24,082 nt of DNA from Candidatus Heimdallarchaeota archaeon (GCA_016840095.1 JAEOSZ010000064.1:1-24082); one strand, 5' to 3'. Positions 9,329 to 17,783 are shown, numbered from the stretch's first letter. Notes: generated by a model from the sequence alone, not told the origin. Made by a program: numbers and translations.

Positions 9329-10189
9329 ATGATTTTTATGTTCAATCTGGAAAGACTAACAAAACATACTGCAGTAGATACAACAATCCAAATGACTACA
9401 AGATCATGTGTTGTAGGTGCAATTTCTTTAGGTAAGTATTCCATAGCAGTTGATTCAGGAAATCCTTTAGAAATTGGTCAAGGTTTCAGAAAACAATTAG
9501 AAGATTACTTCAAACTTCCAATCAAATATTTATTCTTGACTCATGCACATAGTGATCATCGTGGTGGAATGATTGCTTTTAGAGATTCTTCTACTTTGCT
9601 CATTAGTCAGAAGTGTAAAGAAAACATGCCTAAAAGTACTAGCTTCAGTAAATGGACAGTAGAAACATTTGATGATAAACTAGTACTTGAAGAAGACATT
9701 ATGGTTGAATTTCATCAAGTTGCTGGTCACAGTCTAGGATCAAGTGTTGCTTATGTTCCAGAAGAAAGAGTTCTTTTTGCAGGTGATCTCTTTTTTGAGG
9801 AAACAATCAACTTAGGATTGCCTTTCCTAGGAATCTATCAGTTTAGTCCTCGAAAAACTGGAAATCCAGAGGAATGTCTTGGTGCATTTAAGAAATTCAA
9901 ATCAATGAAATTGGACTTCATAGTTCCTGGTCATGGAGAGGTTATTAAGAATCCCCAAGAATATTTAGATGGTCAAATAGAGTTTTTTAATTCGTTAAAA
10001 TCCTTCATAATTTCTGAGATCAAAGATGGTAAATCCATGGAAGATATAGAATTACCTAGGATTGGACAGATTGAAAGAGCTTATCAAATCATCGAAGCAA
10101 AATCTCAGAAATATAAAGCCTTGAAATTCATGGATACAATGCTCAACTGGATCAAAAAGAGTTTTTATGAATTCTATAAAGAAGACTAA
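9329..10189 (+). CDS. Metallo-beta-lactamase-fold hydrolase
   Basis: THAHSDH (HxHxDH), GHS, FAGDL, PGHG: the full metal-ligand set. The start could be 9329 or 9338. Confidence 0.88.
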   Translation: MIFMFNLERLTKHTAVDTTIQMTTRSCVVGAISLGKYSIAVDSGNPLEIGQGFRKQLEDYFKLPIKYLFLTHAHSDHRGGMIAFRDSSTLLISQKCKENMPKSTSFSKWTVETFDDKLVLEEDIMVEFHQVAGHSLGSSVAYVPEERVLFAGDLFFEETINLGLPFLGIYQFSPRKTGNPEECLGAFKKFKSMKLDFIVPGHGEVIKNPQEYLDGQIEFFNSLKSFIISEIKDGKSMEDIELPRIGQIERAYQIIEAKSQKYKALKFMDTMLNWIKKSFYEFYKED

Positions 10190-10213
10190 TTGAAGAGTTA
10201 TAGACGTTGGTTA

Positions 10214-11242
10214 CTAAAGACAAAGATTGTGTTCATTTATCAGTTTCAATGTCAAATCATTTACACCTTCTTCAATTAGAGAAGCAGTTGATTCAGAGAA
10301 GGAATTTTTCCAGTTCTTAGCAGATTTATTTATATCTACTAATTTTCTTTCTGGTTCTAATTTGTGAATTAGATTAGTATGCAACTGATCAATTCCCCAA
10401 CATACATTAAAAGCAGGTATAGGAAAAACATAGAAATAACCCAATTTTTCCATATCTAAATCACGAGCTGGAGGAAAGTGGGTTTTATATTCGATGAAAA
10501 AAACTTTTTGCAATTCTTCCTTCATACCACTGTAGAAAATAAACGTGCTAATCTCTTCGACTATATCTCCATATTCGGAGTTCTCCCAATCTACCAACCA
10601 AACTTTACCAGATGGGTCTGTGACAAAATGTCCTCCTAAATCTCCATGTAAAATTCCTGATATTCCTAAACAGAATAACTCTTTATTCTCATCCAGAAGT
10701 TCTTCATACTCTTCCTGTGCAAGCGAAAAAGCTTCAGAAATTTTAGCATTCATAAGATGAGGATAATCAGTTTCAATATGACTCATTATTTTCTTTAAGA
10801 ATTGATGATTCTTCTTCATCTGGTCTAATCCATCTGGGATTATTTCGTATTCTACATTATGAATATCAGCTAAACACAGAGCCATTTTTTTGACAGTTTC
10901 TACATCATTGTAATCTGAATGAACACCTTCAGCAAAATCAAATACAACTGCACCATTTTTGAAAAATTGTTGATCAGAGTATCTAGGAGCAGGGACACAT
11001 TGCACCCCTTTATCTATGAAATTCTGTCTAATTTTGGCTTCATTAAGGATTTTCTGAGTTCGTTCAGGATAAAGAGCTGTTTTCAATGCATAGGTGTTAT
11101 TTTCGGTGATAATTTTGAAAACAGCAGAAGCTTCCCCTCTTCCTAAAAAGGACATCTCTCTGATCTTCTCATTCCTTTCTTTGAATAGTCTAGACGCAGG
11201 TTCCTCTACTGTTTTAGGGGGTATTGCTTCAAATCTTTTCAA
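10214..11242 (-). CDS. Aminoglycoside phosphotransferase/choline kinase-like small-molecule kinase
   Basis: LGRGEAS Gly-loop, ALK lysine, alphaC Glu (NEA), HGDL, VDWE. TTG start preceded by GGTGA. Confidence 0.82.
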   Translation of the reverse strand: MKRFEAIPPKTVEEPASRLFKERNEKIREMSFLGRGEASAVFKIITENNTYALKTALYPERTQKILNEAKIRQNFIDKGVQCVPAPRYSDQQFFKNGAVVFDFAEGVHSDYNDVETVKKMALCLADIHNVEYEIIPDGLDQMKKNHQFLKKIMSHIETDYPHLMNAKISEAFSLAQEEYEELLDENKELFCLGISGILHGDLGGHFVTDPSGKVWLVDWENSEYGDIVEEISTFIFYSGMKEELQKVFFIEYKTHFPPARDLDMEKLGYFYVFPIPAFNVCWGIDQLHTNLIHKLEPERKLVDINKSAKNWKNSFSESTASLIEEGVNDLTLKLINEHNLCL

Positions 11243-11372
11243 AATATCACCAACTTCTAGTCATTTGAACATTTTTGTAAGTTTCGTTTAAATCTTCTTA
11301 ATTGAGCTTCAATTTGCTGCTTGTTAATATCCCATAAAGACTTAATAGTAGGATTGGAGTATTGTATAATCA

Positions 11373-13124
11373 ATGAATTACAGAAGAAAAAAGAAATCAA
11401 CATTGAGAAAATATTTTGTTATATTTTTTAGTTTACTTCTATTGTTTCAACTTTCAAGTAATACTTTGACAGGTATGAATGTAGAGCAAAAACATAGTAC
11501 AGAGATAAATCTAGTTTCATCTTCAGGAATACAAATTACAGAAGCAAATATCGCCTCATATAGCTCCTCAGGAACCGGAAGCTCAGTAAGTGATCCGTAT
11601 ATCATTGAAGATATGAATATCAATACAACTGATTCTCTAGCATTAGAATTCAATTATGTTACATCCTATTTCATTCTTAGAGACTCTTATTGTAAAGGGA
11701 GTACATATGGAGTTTACCTAACTGGTGTTACCTCAGGGGTATCTCAAATTATCAATTGTACTATTGAAGGAGGACTTTCGCTAGGATCAATCAATTCTCA
11801 CTATATGACAGTTTATAATTGCACCCTTAGAGCAGGACAAGGCTCTCTTTTCAGTAAGGGATTGAACTTTACAAAGAACGTCCTTGATATTACTGGACCA
11901 TTTAGCAATACTGCAATTAATATTCGAAATGAAGACAACATATTTGAAGACAATATTGTTTATGGTGATTCTTCAGCTGTTATAATAAATAGTCTAGTGA
12001 ACTCTACAATCAAAAACAATGTGCTAATTGGGGCAGGATTTAATATTTACAACGATCTTGTGGAGAAGATTTTGAGTAATGTATTTGAGAACAATATTGT
12101 AAATGGAAAACCCTATGCTTTTATTAATGGACGTTCAGAACAAACAATCACTGGGAACCAATATGGTCAGATATATCTATTAAATTCAAGGGATATGATT
12201 ATTCAAGGATATGAAATGAATAATGTTAACATTGGAGTACAGGTCTATAACTGCACAGATGTTACCGTAAGAAACGTAAATGTAACAGGAAGAAACGGAA
12301 TACAACTATTTAATGTCGATGGTGTTTTGGTTGAAAATTGTAACTGGAATGGGGATGATGATGGTACAGAGATGTGGGATGTACATAATGCAATTATTCA
12401 GAACAATTACATGGCTAATTTCTATCAAGGAATAGATTGTGGTATGTCAAATAACATTCAAATTCATAATAATACCATATTTAATTCTACATCTGAGAGT
12501 GTGTATTGTGATCAAGTAGATAATCTAGAAGCAACATTCAACATAATCAGTTGTTTTGTACTAACGGAAGGAAGTCAACTAGCTGTAGAACTTGATATGT
12601 GTGAAAATGTGACCCTATATTACAATATCTTCATCAGTTTAGGAGATTTATCAGCTTATCCTGTAAGTGACTGGAGCTGTATAAATATAAAATGGTACAA
12701 TGAGATTTTAGAGATTGGGAACTATTATTCAGATTGGAATGGTTTAGGCACGTATTCTATTGAGAGTGATATTGGAAGTGTTGATCTTTATCCAGTTAGA
12801 GATTTTGATGGAGATAATCTTATTGAATTTGACGAAGTAATGATATATTTCACTGATCCCTTCAATTTTGACAGCGACTCTGACGGCTTGAATGATGGTG
12901 AAGAAATAGAAACTCACGAAACAGACCCTAATGACGAAGATTCTGACGATGATGGCTATACGGATAAAGAAGAGGTTGATGCTGGAACAGATCCTAACGA
13001 TAATACCGATTATCCATCTAATCCTTACATCTGGTTAATTGTTGGATTAGCAGGAGGTTTTGGTGCAGCTGTAGCATTAACTTCGTTTGTAGTAATTAGG
13101 AAGAGAAGAATCAAAACATCTTAA
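11373..13124 (+). CDS. Surface glycoprotein paralog: signal peptide, parallel beta-helix, 3 TSP3-like DxDxD repeats, C-terminal TM anchor
   Basis: Colinear with 1806..3506 (NIASYSSSGTG..DPYII, INTTDSL, GSTYGVY, NCTIE, GNYYSDWNG). Repeats DFDGDNL, DSDSDGL, DSDDDGY; TM helix then RKRRIK. TATA-like TTAATA at 11342..11347. Confidence 0.85.
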   Translation: MNYRRKKKSTLRKYFVIFFSLLLLFQLSSNTLTGMNVEQKHSTEINLVSSSGIQITEANIASYSSSGTGSSVSDPYIIEDMNINTTDSLALEFNYVTSYFILRDSYCKGSTYGVYLTGVTSGVSQIINCTIEGGLSLGSINSHYMTVYNCTLRAGQGSLFSKGLNFTKNVLDITGPFSNTAINIRNEDNIFEDNIVYGDSSAVIINSLVNSTIKNNVLIGAGFNIYNDLVEKILSNVFENNIVNGKPYAFINGRSEQTITGNQYGQIYLLNSRDMIIQGYEMNNVNIGVQVYNCTDVTVRNVNVTGRNGIQLFNVDGVLVENCNWNGDDDGTEMWDVHNAIIQNNYMANFYQGIDCGMSNNIQIHNNTIFNSTSESVYCDQVDNLEATFNIISCFVLTEGSQLAVELDMCENVTLYYNIFISLGDLSAYPVSDWSCINIKWYNEILEIGNYYSDWNGLGTYSIESDIGSVDLYPVRDFDGDNLIEFDEVMIYFTDPFNFDSDSDGLNDGEEIETHETDPNDEDSDDDGYTDKEEVDAGTDPNDNTDYPSNPYIWLIVGLAGGFGAAVALTSFVVIRKRRIKTS

Positions 13125-13240
13125 TCAATAAAAACCTCTTCTTCTATTTTTTTTCATAATTAATACAATTTGCCTCAATTGATTTTATAGAAACAATTAA
13201 CTTAGTTTTTTATACCTGGATTACAGATAATTACCTGAAA

Positions 13241-13513
13241 ATGGCTAATAAACGTACAAATTCCAGTGGTGGAATAGGAATAATTACAATTCTTTGGGTA
13301 ACTTTCCTCATACTAAAACTAACACATGTGATAGATTGGGCATGGGTTTGGGTATTTGCTCCATTATGGATAGCTGCAAGTTTGGGTGCTTTATTTTTAA
13401 TAATTGTTGGATTAATTCTACTTCTAGCGATTATTGGTTTAACTAAGAAGGAATCCAGAGTAAATGCAGAAATCAGAAGCTGGTTTAAAGGGAAGGAACA
13501 CAAAGACAATTAA
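13241..13513 (+). CDS. Small membrane protein resembling the Tmemb_185A (transmembrane Fragile-X-F) repeat unit
   Basis: GGIG...FLILKLTHVIDWAWVWVFAPLWI matches the LKL-x-x-x-I-x-W-x-W-x-x-V-x-x-PLWI signature as recalled. Confidence 0.7.
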   Translation: MANKRTNSSGGIGIITILWVTFLILKLTHVIDWAWVWVFAPLWIAASLGALFLIIVGLILLLAIIGLTKKESRVNAEIRSWFKGKEHKDN

Positions 13514-13517
13514 AACT

Positions 13518-13554
13518 AGAAAAAGGGAGGAGAGTGGGTTTTGAATCCTTTTCT
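13518..13554. terminator. Weak inverted repeat with pyrimidine tracts between convergent genes
   Basis: AAAAGG (13521..13526) and CCTTTT (13547..13552); U-rich runs on both strands. Confidence 0.3.
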
Positions 13555-13555
13555 C

Positions 13556-15220
13556 TCATTTCTTTTTTGAGATATGATTTGCTGCTATATATCCAAATGT
13601 CATCGTTGGACCAACTGTTGCTCCTGGACCGGGATAGCTATTTCCCATTACAGAGGAAGAGCTGTTACCAACTGCATATAGTCCTTCAATTATTGAACCA
13701 TTCTTGCGCAAAACCTGAGCATGTTCATTTGTAACTAGACCACCTTTAGTTCCTAAGTCTCCAGGTACAAATTCAACAGAATAGAATGGGGGTTTTTCTA
13801 ATGGATATAGATTTGGATTTGGTTTTACTTTTGGATCTCCATAGTAGTTATCATATGCACTATCTCCTCTTCCAAAATCCTCATCCTTCCCTTTCTTAGC
13901 AAAATCATTGAATTGATTAACAGTATCCACAAGATTCTTTCCGTTTACATCAATTTTCTTGGCTAGCTCTTCTAGAGTTTCTGCAGTTTTAACATATCCT
14001 GTCTCATAATATTTCTCGGGAAACTTCATCCCTGGGAAAATCAATCCAAACATGTACTTCGATTTAAAGCGCTTATCAAAAATGAAGTAACATGGAACAT
14101 GAGGTATTTCTTCTGAATGTTTCTCATACATATCATGTACAACTACTACATAGCTTGCAGATTCATTAGTAAAACGCTTACCTGCTTTGTTAACCATAAT
14201 ACCTCCGGGGTAACCTCGTTCCCCAACATGGAAGAAAGGTAATTCATCTACTGGTTTAGATGAAGGCCCCCACCAAGCATCATCCATAAGATCAACAGCT
14301 GCACCATGTTTCATCCCAGATAAAATCACATCTCCAGTATTTCCAGAATGTGCAGATGTCCATTCAGTTACAATTGGTTTTGGATGATATTTTTCTCTCA
14401 TTTCTAGATTGTGTGGAAAACCTCCAGCTGCAAGAATGACTCCTTTCTCAGCTTTTATTCTTACTTCTTTTCCTTCTTTCTTCGCAATTACTCCTACTAC
14501 TTCTTTGTTTTCTAATATTAGATCCTCAAAAGGTGTGTTTAGCCATAGAGGAATGTTTTCATCTTGCATAGACTTCCTCAACCTACCAATTAGAGCATTC
14601 CCTAATGTAAGGTGTCTACGCCTAGTTATTAAACCAAAGATTGCTCTCATCCCTGCTTTAAGAGCTGTCCATTTACCAGCCCAAGTTGACATAATCATCC
14701 CTAAATCATGGTATTCAGAGATAGAAAAACTAATTCCAAGAGGAACATCATAGGGTAATTTGTTAAGATACTGTAAATCTTTTTTCAATTTTCTTCCATT
14801 GAACGGTTTACCTTCTAGAGCTCGTCCTTTAGCGATTCCACCTGGTCTTTCTGGATGATAATCCGAGTAATTAGGAACAAAAAGGAATTTGGTTATAGTA
14901 TTCTCTCTCAACCAGTCAATCATCTTAGGAGCATTAGCTAAATAAGCATCTTTGAATTCAGATGAAACACGATCACCTACAGTATTATCCAAGTAGGTTC
15001 TTGCTTTTTCCATTGAATCTTCCACACCATTCTTCTCTAGAAGATAATTATTCGGTACCCAAACTCCTCCTCCAGAGAGAGCTGTGGATCCGCCATAGGT
15101 TTCTGATTTTTCTATAAGAATCACATCCAATCCAGCTTTCTTTGCTACAAGAGCTGCTGTCATTCCTCCTCCACCTGACCCTACTATTAATACATCTGTT
15201 GTAAAATCCCAATCTGTCAT
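13556..15220 (-). CDS. kstD: FAD-dependent 3-ketosteroid-delta1-dehydrogenase homolog
   Basis: DVLIVGSGGGG, GGSTALSGGGVWVPNN, YSDYHPERPGG, DAWWGP, RFTNESASY, PGDLGTKGG, YPGPGATVG. Confidence 0.82.
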   Translation of the reverse strand: MTDWDFTTDVLIVGSGGGGMTAALVAKKAGLDVILIEKSETYGGSTALSGGGVWVPNNYLLEKNGVEDSMEKARTYLDNTVGDRVSSEFKDAYLANAPKMIDWLRENTITKFLFVPNYSDYHPERPGGIAKGRALEGKPFNGRKLKKDLQYLNKLPYDVPLGISFSISEYHDLGMIMSTWAGKWTALKAGMRAIFGLITRRRHLTLGNALIGRLRKSMQDENIPLWLNTPFEDLILENKEVVGVIAKKEGKEVRIKAEKGVILAAGGFPHNLEMREKYHPKPIVTEWTSAHSGNTGDVILSGMKHGAAVDLMDDAWWGPSSKPVDELPFFHVGERGYPGGIMVNKAGKRFTNESASYVVVVHDMYEKHSEEIPHVPCYFIFDKRFKSKYMFGLIFPGMKFPEKYYETGYVKTAETLEELAKKIDVNGKNLVDTVNQFNDFAKKGKDEDFGRGDSAYDNYYGDPKVKPNPNLYPLEKPPFYSVEFVPGDLGTKGGLVTNEHAQVLRKNGSIIEGLYAVGNSSSSVMGNSYPGPGATVGPTMTFGYIAANHISKKK

Positions 15221-15241
15221 GGTTCACATTAAAGAATGATG

Positions 15242-15272
15242 TTTAATAAGCGTTTGTGCAAAACTTCGCACA
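15242..15272 (-). promoter_or_regulatory. kstD promoter (BRE-TATA) with an adjacent palindrome
   Basis: Minus strand AAACGC-TTATTAAA ends about 22 nt before the ATG; TGTGC-N8-GCACA at 15255..15272 lies directly upstream. Confidence 0.5.
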
Positions 15273-15372
15273 TTTAAATGCTCTTCTGCTCTTGCAAAAA
15301 TTAATAGAACAGAAGCTTGAAAGAAATCTATAAAATGACTGTAAATAATGATTATTTCATTCCTTTTTCTTT

Positions 15373-15392
15373 TTTTTCATTTTACTGCAAAG
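15373..15392 (+). repeat. 20-bp direct repeat, copy 1 (TTTTTCATTTTACTGCAAAG)
   Basis: Exact match to 16152..16171. Confidence 0.85.
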
Positions 15393-15493
15393 CTTCACTT
15401 CCTGAACCAAAAACTAACATATCAGTTATTTAGTCCCAATTTGATGTTTCTGAAAAAGAATGGTTTTTATAATTTACTTATCTTAGAAACAAA

Positions 15494-16096
15494 ATGAAGA
15501 AAGAGAAATTAGTTGAAGAAGGTTATAATGAAATAGCGTCAATATATCACTCAGAAAGAGGTAAATTTCATAGTCTTATAGAACTCAAGGAATTTGTTCA
15601 ATTATTATCTCCTGGTTCGAAGGTTATCGATTTTGGGTGTGGAGCAGGTGTTCCATTAACAAGATATCTTGTTGATGAAGGTTTTTCTGTAATAGGTGTT
15701 GATATCTCTGAGGAAATGCTTGTTTTAGCAAAAAAACATGTTCCTGAAGCAACTTTCATAAAAAGTGATATGAATGAAATAAATTTTCCCGATAACACCT
15801 TTGATGGTCTAGTTTCTTTCTATGCAATAATTCATGTGCCTAAGGAAAAACATGCAAATCTCTTCAAGAAATTTAATAGAATTCTCAAACCAGAAGGAAC
15901 TATGTTGATTAGTCTAGGTTGGACTGAATGGGAAGCAGTTGAGGAGTACTACGGTGCTACAATGTTTTGGAGTCATTATGGACCTGAACAATCATTAGTT
16001 TTAGTTAAAGAAGCAGGATTTGAGATTATTTTCGAAGAAGTTCGGGAAAGAGGTGGAGAAAAAACCTATTTTATTTTAGCAAGAGCAAAGAAATAA
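15494..16096 (+). CDS. Class I SAM-dependent methyltransferase
   Basis: VIDFGCGAG, GVDISEEML, FDGLVSFYAIIH, RILKPEG. TTTATAA about 22 nt upstream. Confidence 0.92.
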   Translation: MKKEKLVEEGYNEIASIYHSERGKFHSLIELKEFVQLLSPGSKVIDFGCGAGVPLTRYLVDEGFSVIGVDISEEMLVLAKKHVPEATFIKSDMNEINFPDNTFDGLVSFYAIIHVPKEKHANLFKKFNRILKPEGTMLISLGWTEWEAVEEYYGATMFWSHYGPEQSLVLVKEAGFEIIFEEVRERGGEKTYFILARAKK

Positions 16097-16151
16097 TCAT
16101 TGTATCTATATTGAATGTTAATTATACATTAAAAATATTGAGTATTATGGG

Positions 16152-16171
16152 TTTTTCATTTTACTGCAAAG
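16152..16171 (+). repeat. 20-bp direct repeat, copy 2
   Basis: Exact match to 15373..15392. Confidence 0.85.
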
Positions 16172-16277
16172 ACATCTTTCTTCCAAGAAGGACGTTCATC
16201 CAAGAAGATACCTTATTAGAAGAAACCACATTTGTATATTTTTTCAAAAAAAAAAATGTCTAGTTCTATTCAAAGCC

Positions 16278-16676
16278 TTAATAGTTAAAATAGAATTCTA
16301 GATACATTGAGCCTTGAATTAAATCAGGTAACAGTATCAATATCATAGGCCACCCACAGCCACTAATTGTGGTAGTAAGAGATAGTATGAAATATATTAC
16401 TGCTAATAGAAAGAATGCTATTTTAGTTATTCCACCTACTAAAGCTATGCTTTTTGCCTTTGAGAGATCCTTCATTGCTATGAAGTAAGCTAATGCGTAT
16501 CCATAAACTAGAACTATAACCATATGTAAGAAAATTAAACTTGGGGGATTCTCAATTCCAAAAGCTGGTAGGAAACCTGCAATAAATATAGGAAGTAAAC
16601 CAAATAACAGTCCTGCTCCTAAGTTATAAAGTACTCCAGATAAGAACATGTATTTGTAATATTTCTCTTTATCCAT
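16278..16676 (-). CDS. Four-TM membrane protein of unknown function
   Basis: ATG at 16676 (MDKEKYYKYMF) preferred over TTG 16706; four hydrophobic segments. Confidence 0.75.
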   Translation of the reverse strand: MDKEKYYKYMFLSGVLYNLGAGLLFGLLPIFIAGFLPAFGIENPPSLIFLHMVIVLVYGYALAYFIAMKDLSKAKSIALVGGITKIAFFLLAVIYFILSLTTTISGCGWPMILILLPDLIQGSMYLEFYFNY

Positions 16677-16811
16677 TTTGATTTCAAATCCTGTGCTATT
16701 TAACAAACACGAAAAATACGTAAGCTTGCCACAAATATAAGCCTTTCCAGAACAAAAAGATGAGAAGTAAGGGAAGTACCAAGTTATTGTTTCTGTAAAA
16801 GCTTTACCTTC

Positions 16812-17303
16812 TCAATTAGCTAAAGCGGTATTTATCGACTTACCAAATAAAGCAGCTTTTTTGAGTTTGGGCTTGAAGAATCCGCGCAATCTTATTTTAT
16901 CTATCAGATTTCCTCCAGCTTCTTCAATTGCAGCTGTAACTTGATCCATTGTAACCCAACCATTTCCTGCACATGTGCCAAAATATGCCACAGGCTTTCC
17001 TTGAATATTGACTCGTTTTATAATCTCCTTGTAAACACCTGGTGGTTTATTTCCATAAGTTGGCATACCAAAAACAAATAGATCGTAGTCTTGATCCATT
17101 TGTTCTAATTTTAATAAGTCTTCTGACATAGAGGAGAAATCCCCTTTCTCCAGTTGACCTATTATACCAACCTTCTGACCAAATACACCTGTTAATTCAA
17201 AACCGAAATAATCCACTTGATAATTTTTCAATGACTGACCTATAGCTTCTGCTGTCTTTTTTGTTTTACCAAGTGTTGTAAAATAAACTATGAGAGCTTT
17301 CAT
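16812..17303 (-). CDS. Flavodoxin family protein (paralog A)
   Basis: IVYFTTLGKTKKTA phosphate loop, YDLFVFGMPTYG, FGTCAG. Confidence 0.85.
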   Translation of the reverse strand: MKALIVYFTTLGKTKKTAEAIGQSLKNYQVDYFGFELTGVFGQKVGIIGQLEKGDFSSMSEDLLKLEQMDQDYDLFVFGMPTYGNKPPGVYKEIIKRVNIQGKPVAYFGTCAGNGWVTMDQVTAAIEEAGGNLIDKIRLRGFFKPKLKKAALFGKSINTALAN

Positions 17304-17426
17304 TACATTTCAAATGCATTGCTAAGATTACAAAAAACCTTGCAAATTCCTTAAAAATACAATCTTATTTCAGAATTTCAAGAGTCTTCAGATTTTTGAT
17401 AGCTGTAAGCTCTTCTATATGGATAT

Positions 17427-17765
17427 CTACTCTAATAGTTTCTTTGAATTATTTCTCAAGATATCTAAATGATTCTCATTAAGGAAAAAATCTTCGAGTT
17501 TTACCCATGATGTTTTAACTAGAATCGGAAAATCATAAGAAAGTAGCAAAGAACATCTATGTTTAGATTCTAAAAATGTTTCAGGATACCCTATTTCACC
17601 ACAAAGAAGACATATTTTCCATCTTGCAGAAGACATAGATAGTTTCTGATAAGTTTCAGAGTAAAGTGATATTCCTTCTTCAAAAGGTATCTTCGATAAA
17701 ATAGAACAGTATTTTTTGGCTATTGTTCTTATTAGTTCCTTTTTTCTATCAGTTATATCAGGCAT
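17427..17765 (-). CDS. Uncharacterised putative Zn-binding protein (CxxC...HxC), paralog A
   Basis: ARWKICLLCGEI...HRC...DFPILVKTSW; colinear with 18901..19314. Confidence 0.75.
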   Translation of the reverse strand: MPDITDRKKELIRTIAKKYCSILSKIPFEEGISLYSETYQKLSMSSARWKICLLCGEIGYPETFLESKHRCSLLLSYDFPILVKTSWVKLEDFFLNENHLDILRNNSKKLLE

Positions 17766-17783
17766 ATTTCATCTCTCACAAAA

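Noticed and set aside
9329-11242. MBL, APH-like kinase and MFS as an antibiotic resistance island
   Set aside because: Only fold-level motifs are present, with no features specific to resistance subfamilies and no mobile element.
16182-16207. TCCAAGAAG repeated twice as a CRISPR or tandem-repeat relic
   Set aside because: Only two 9-bp copies 17 nt apart; no array structure.
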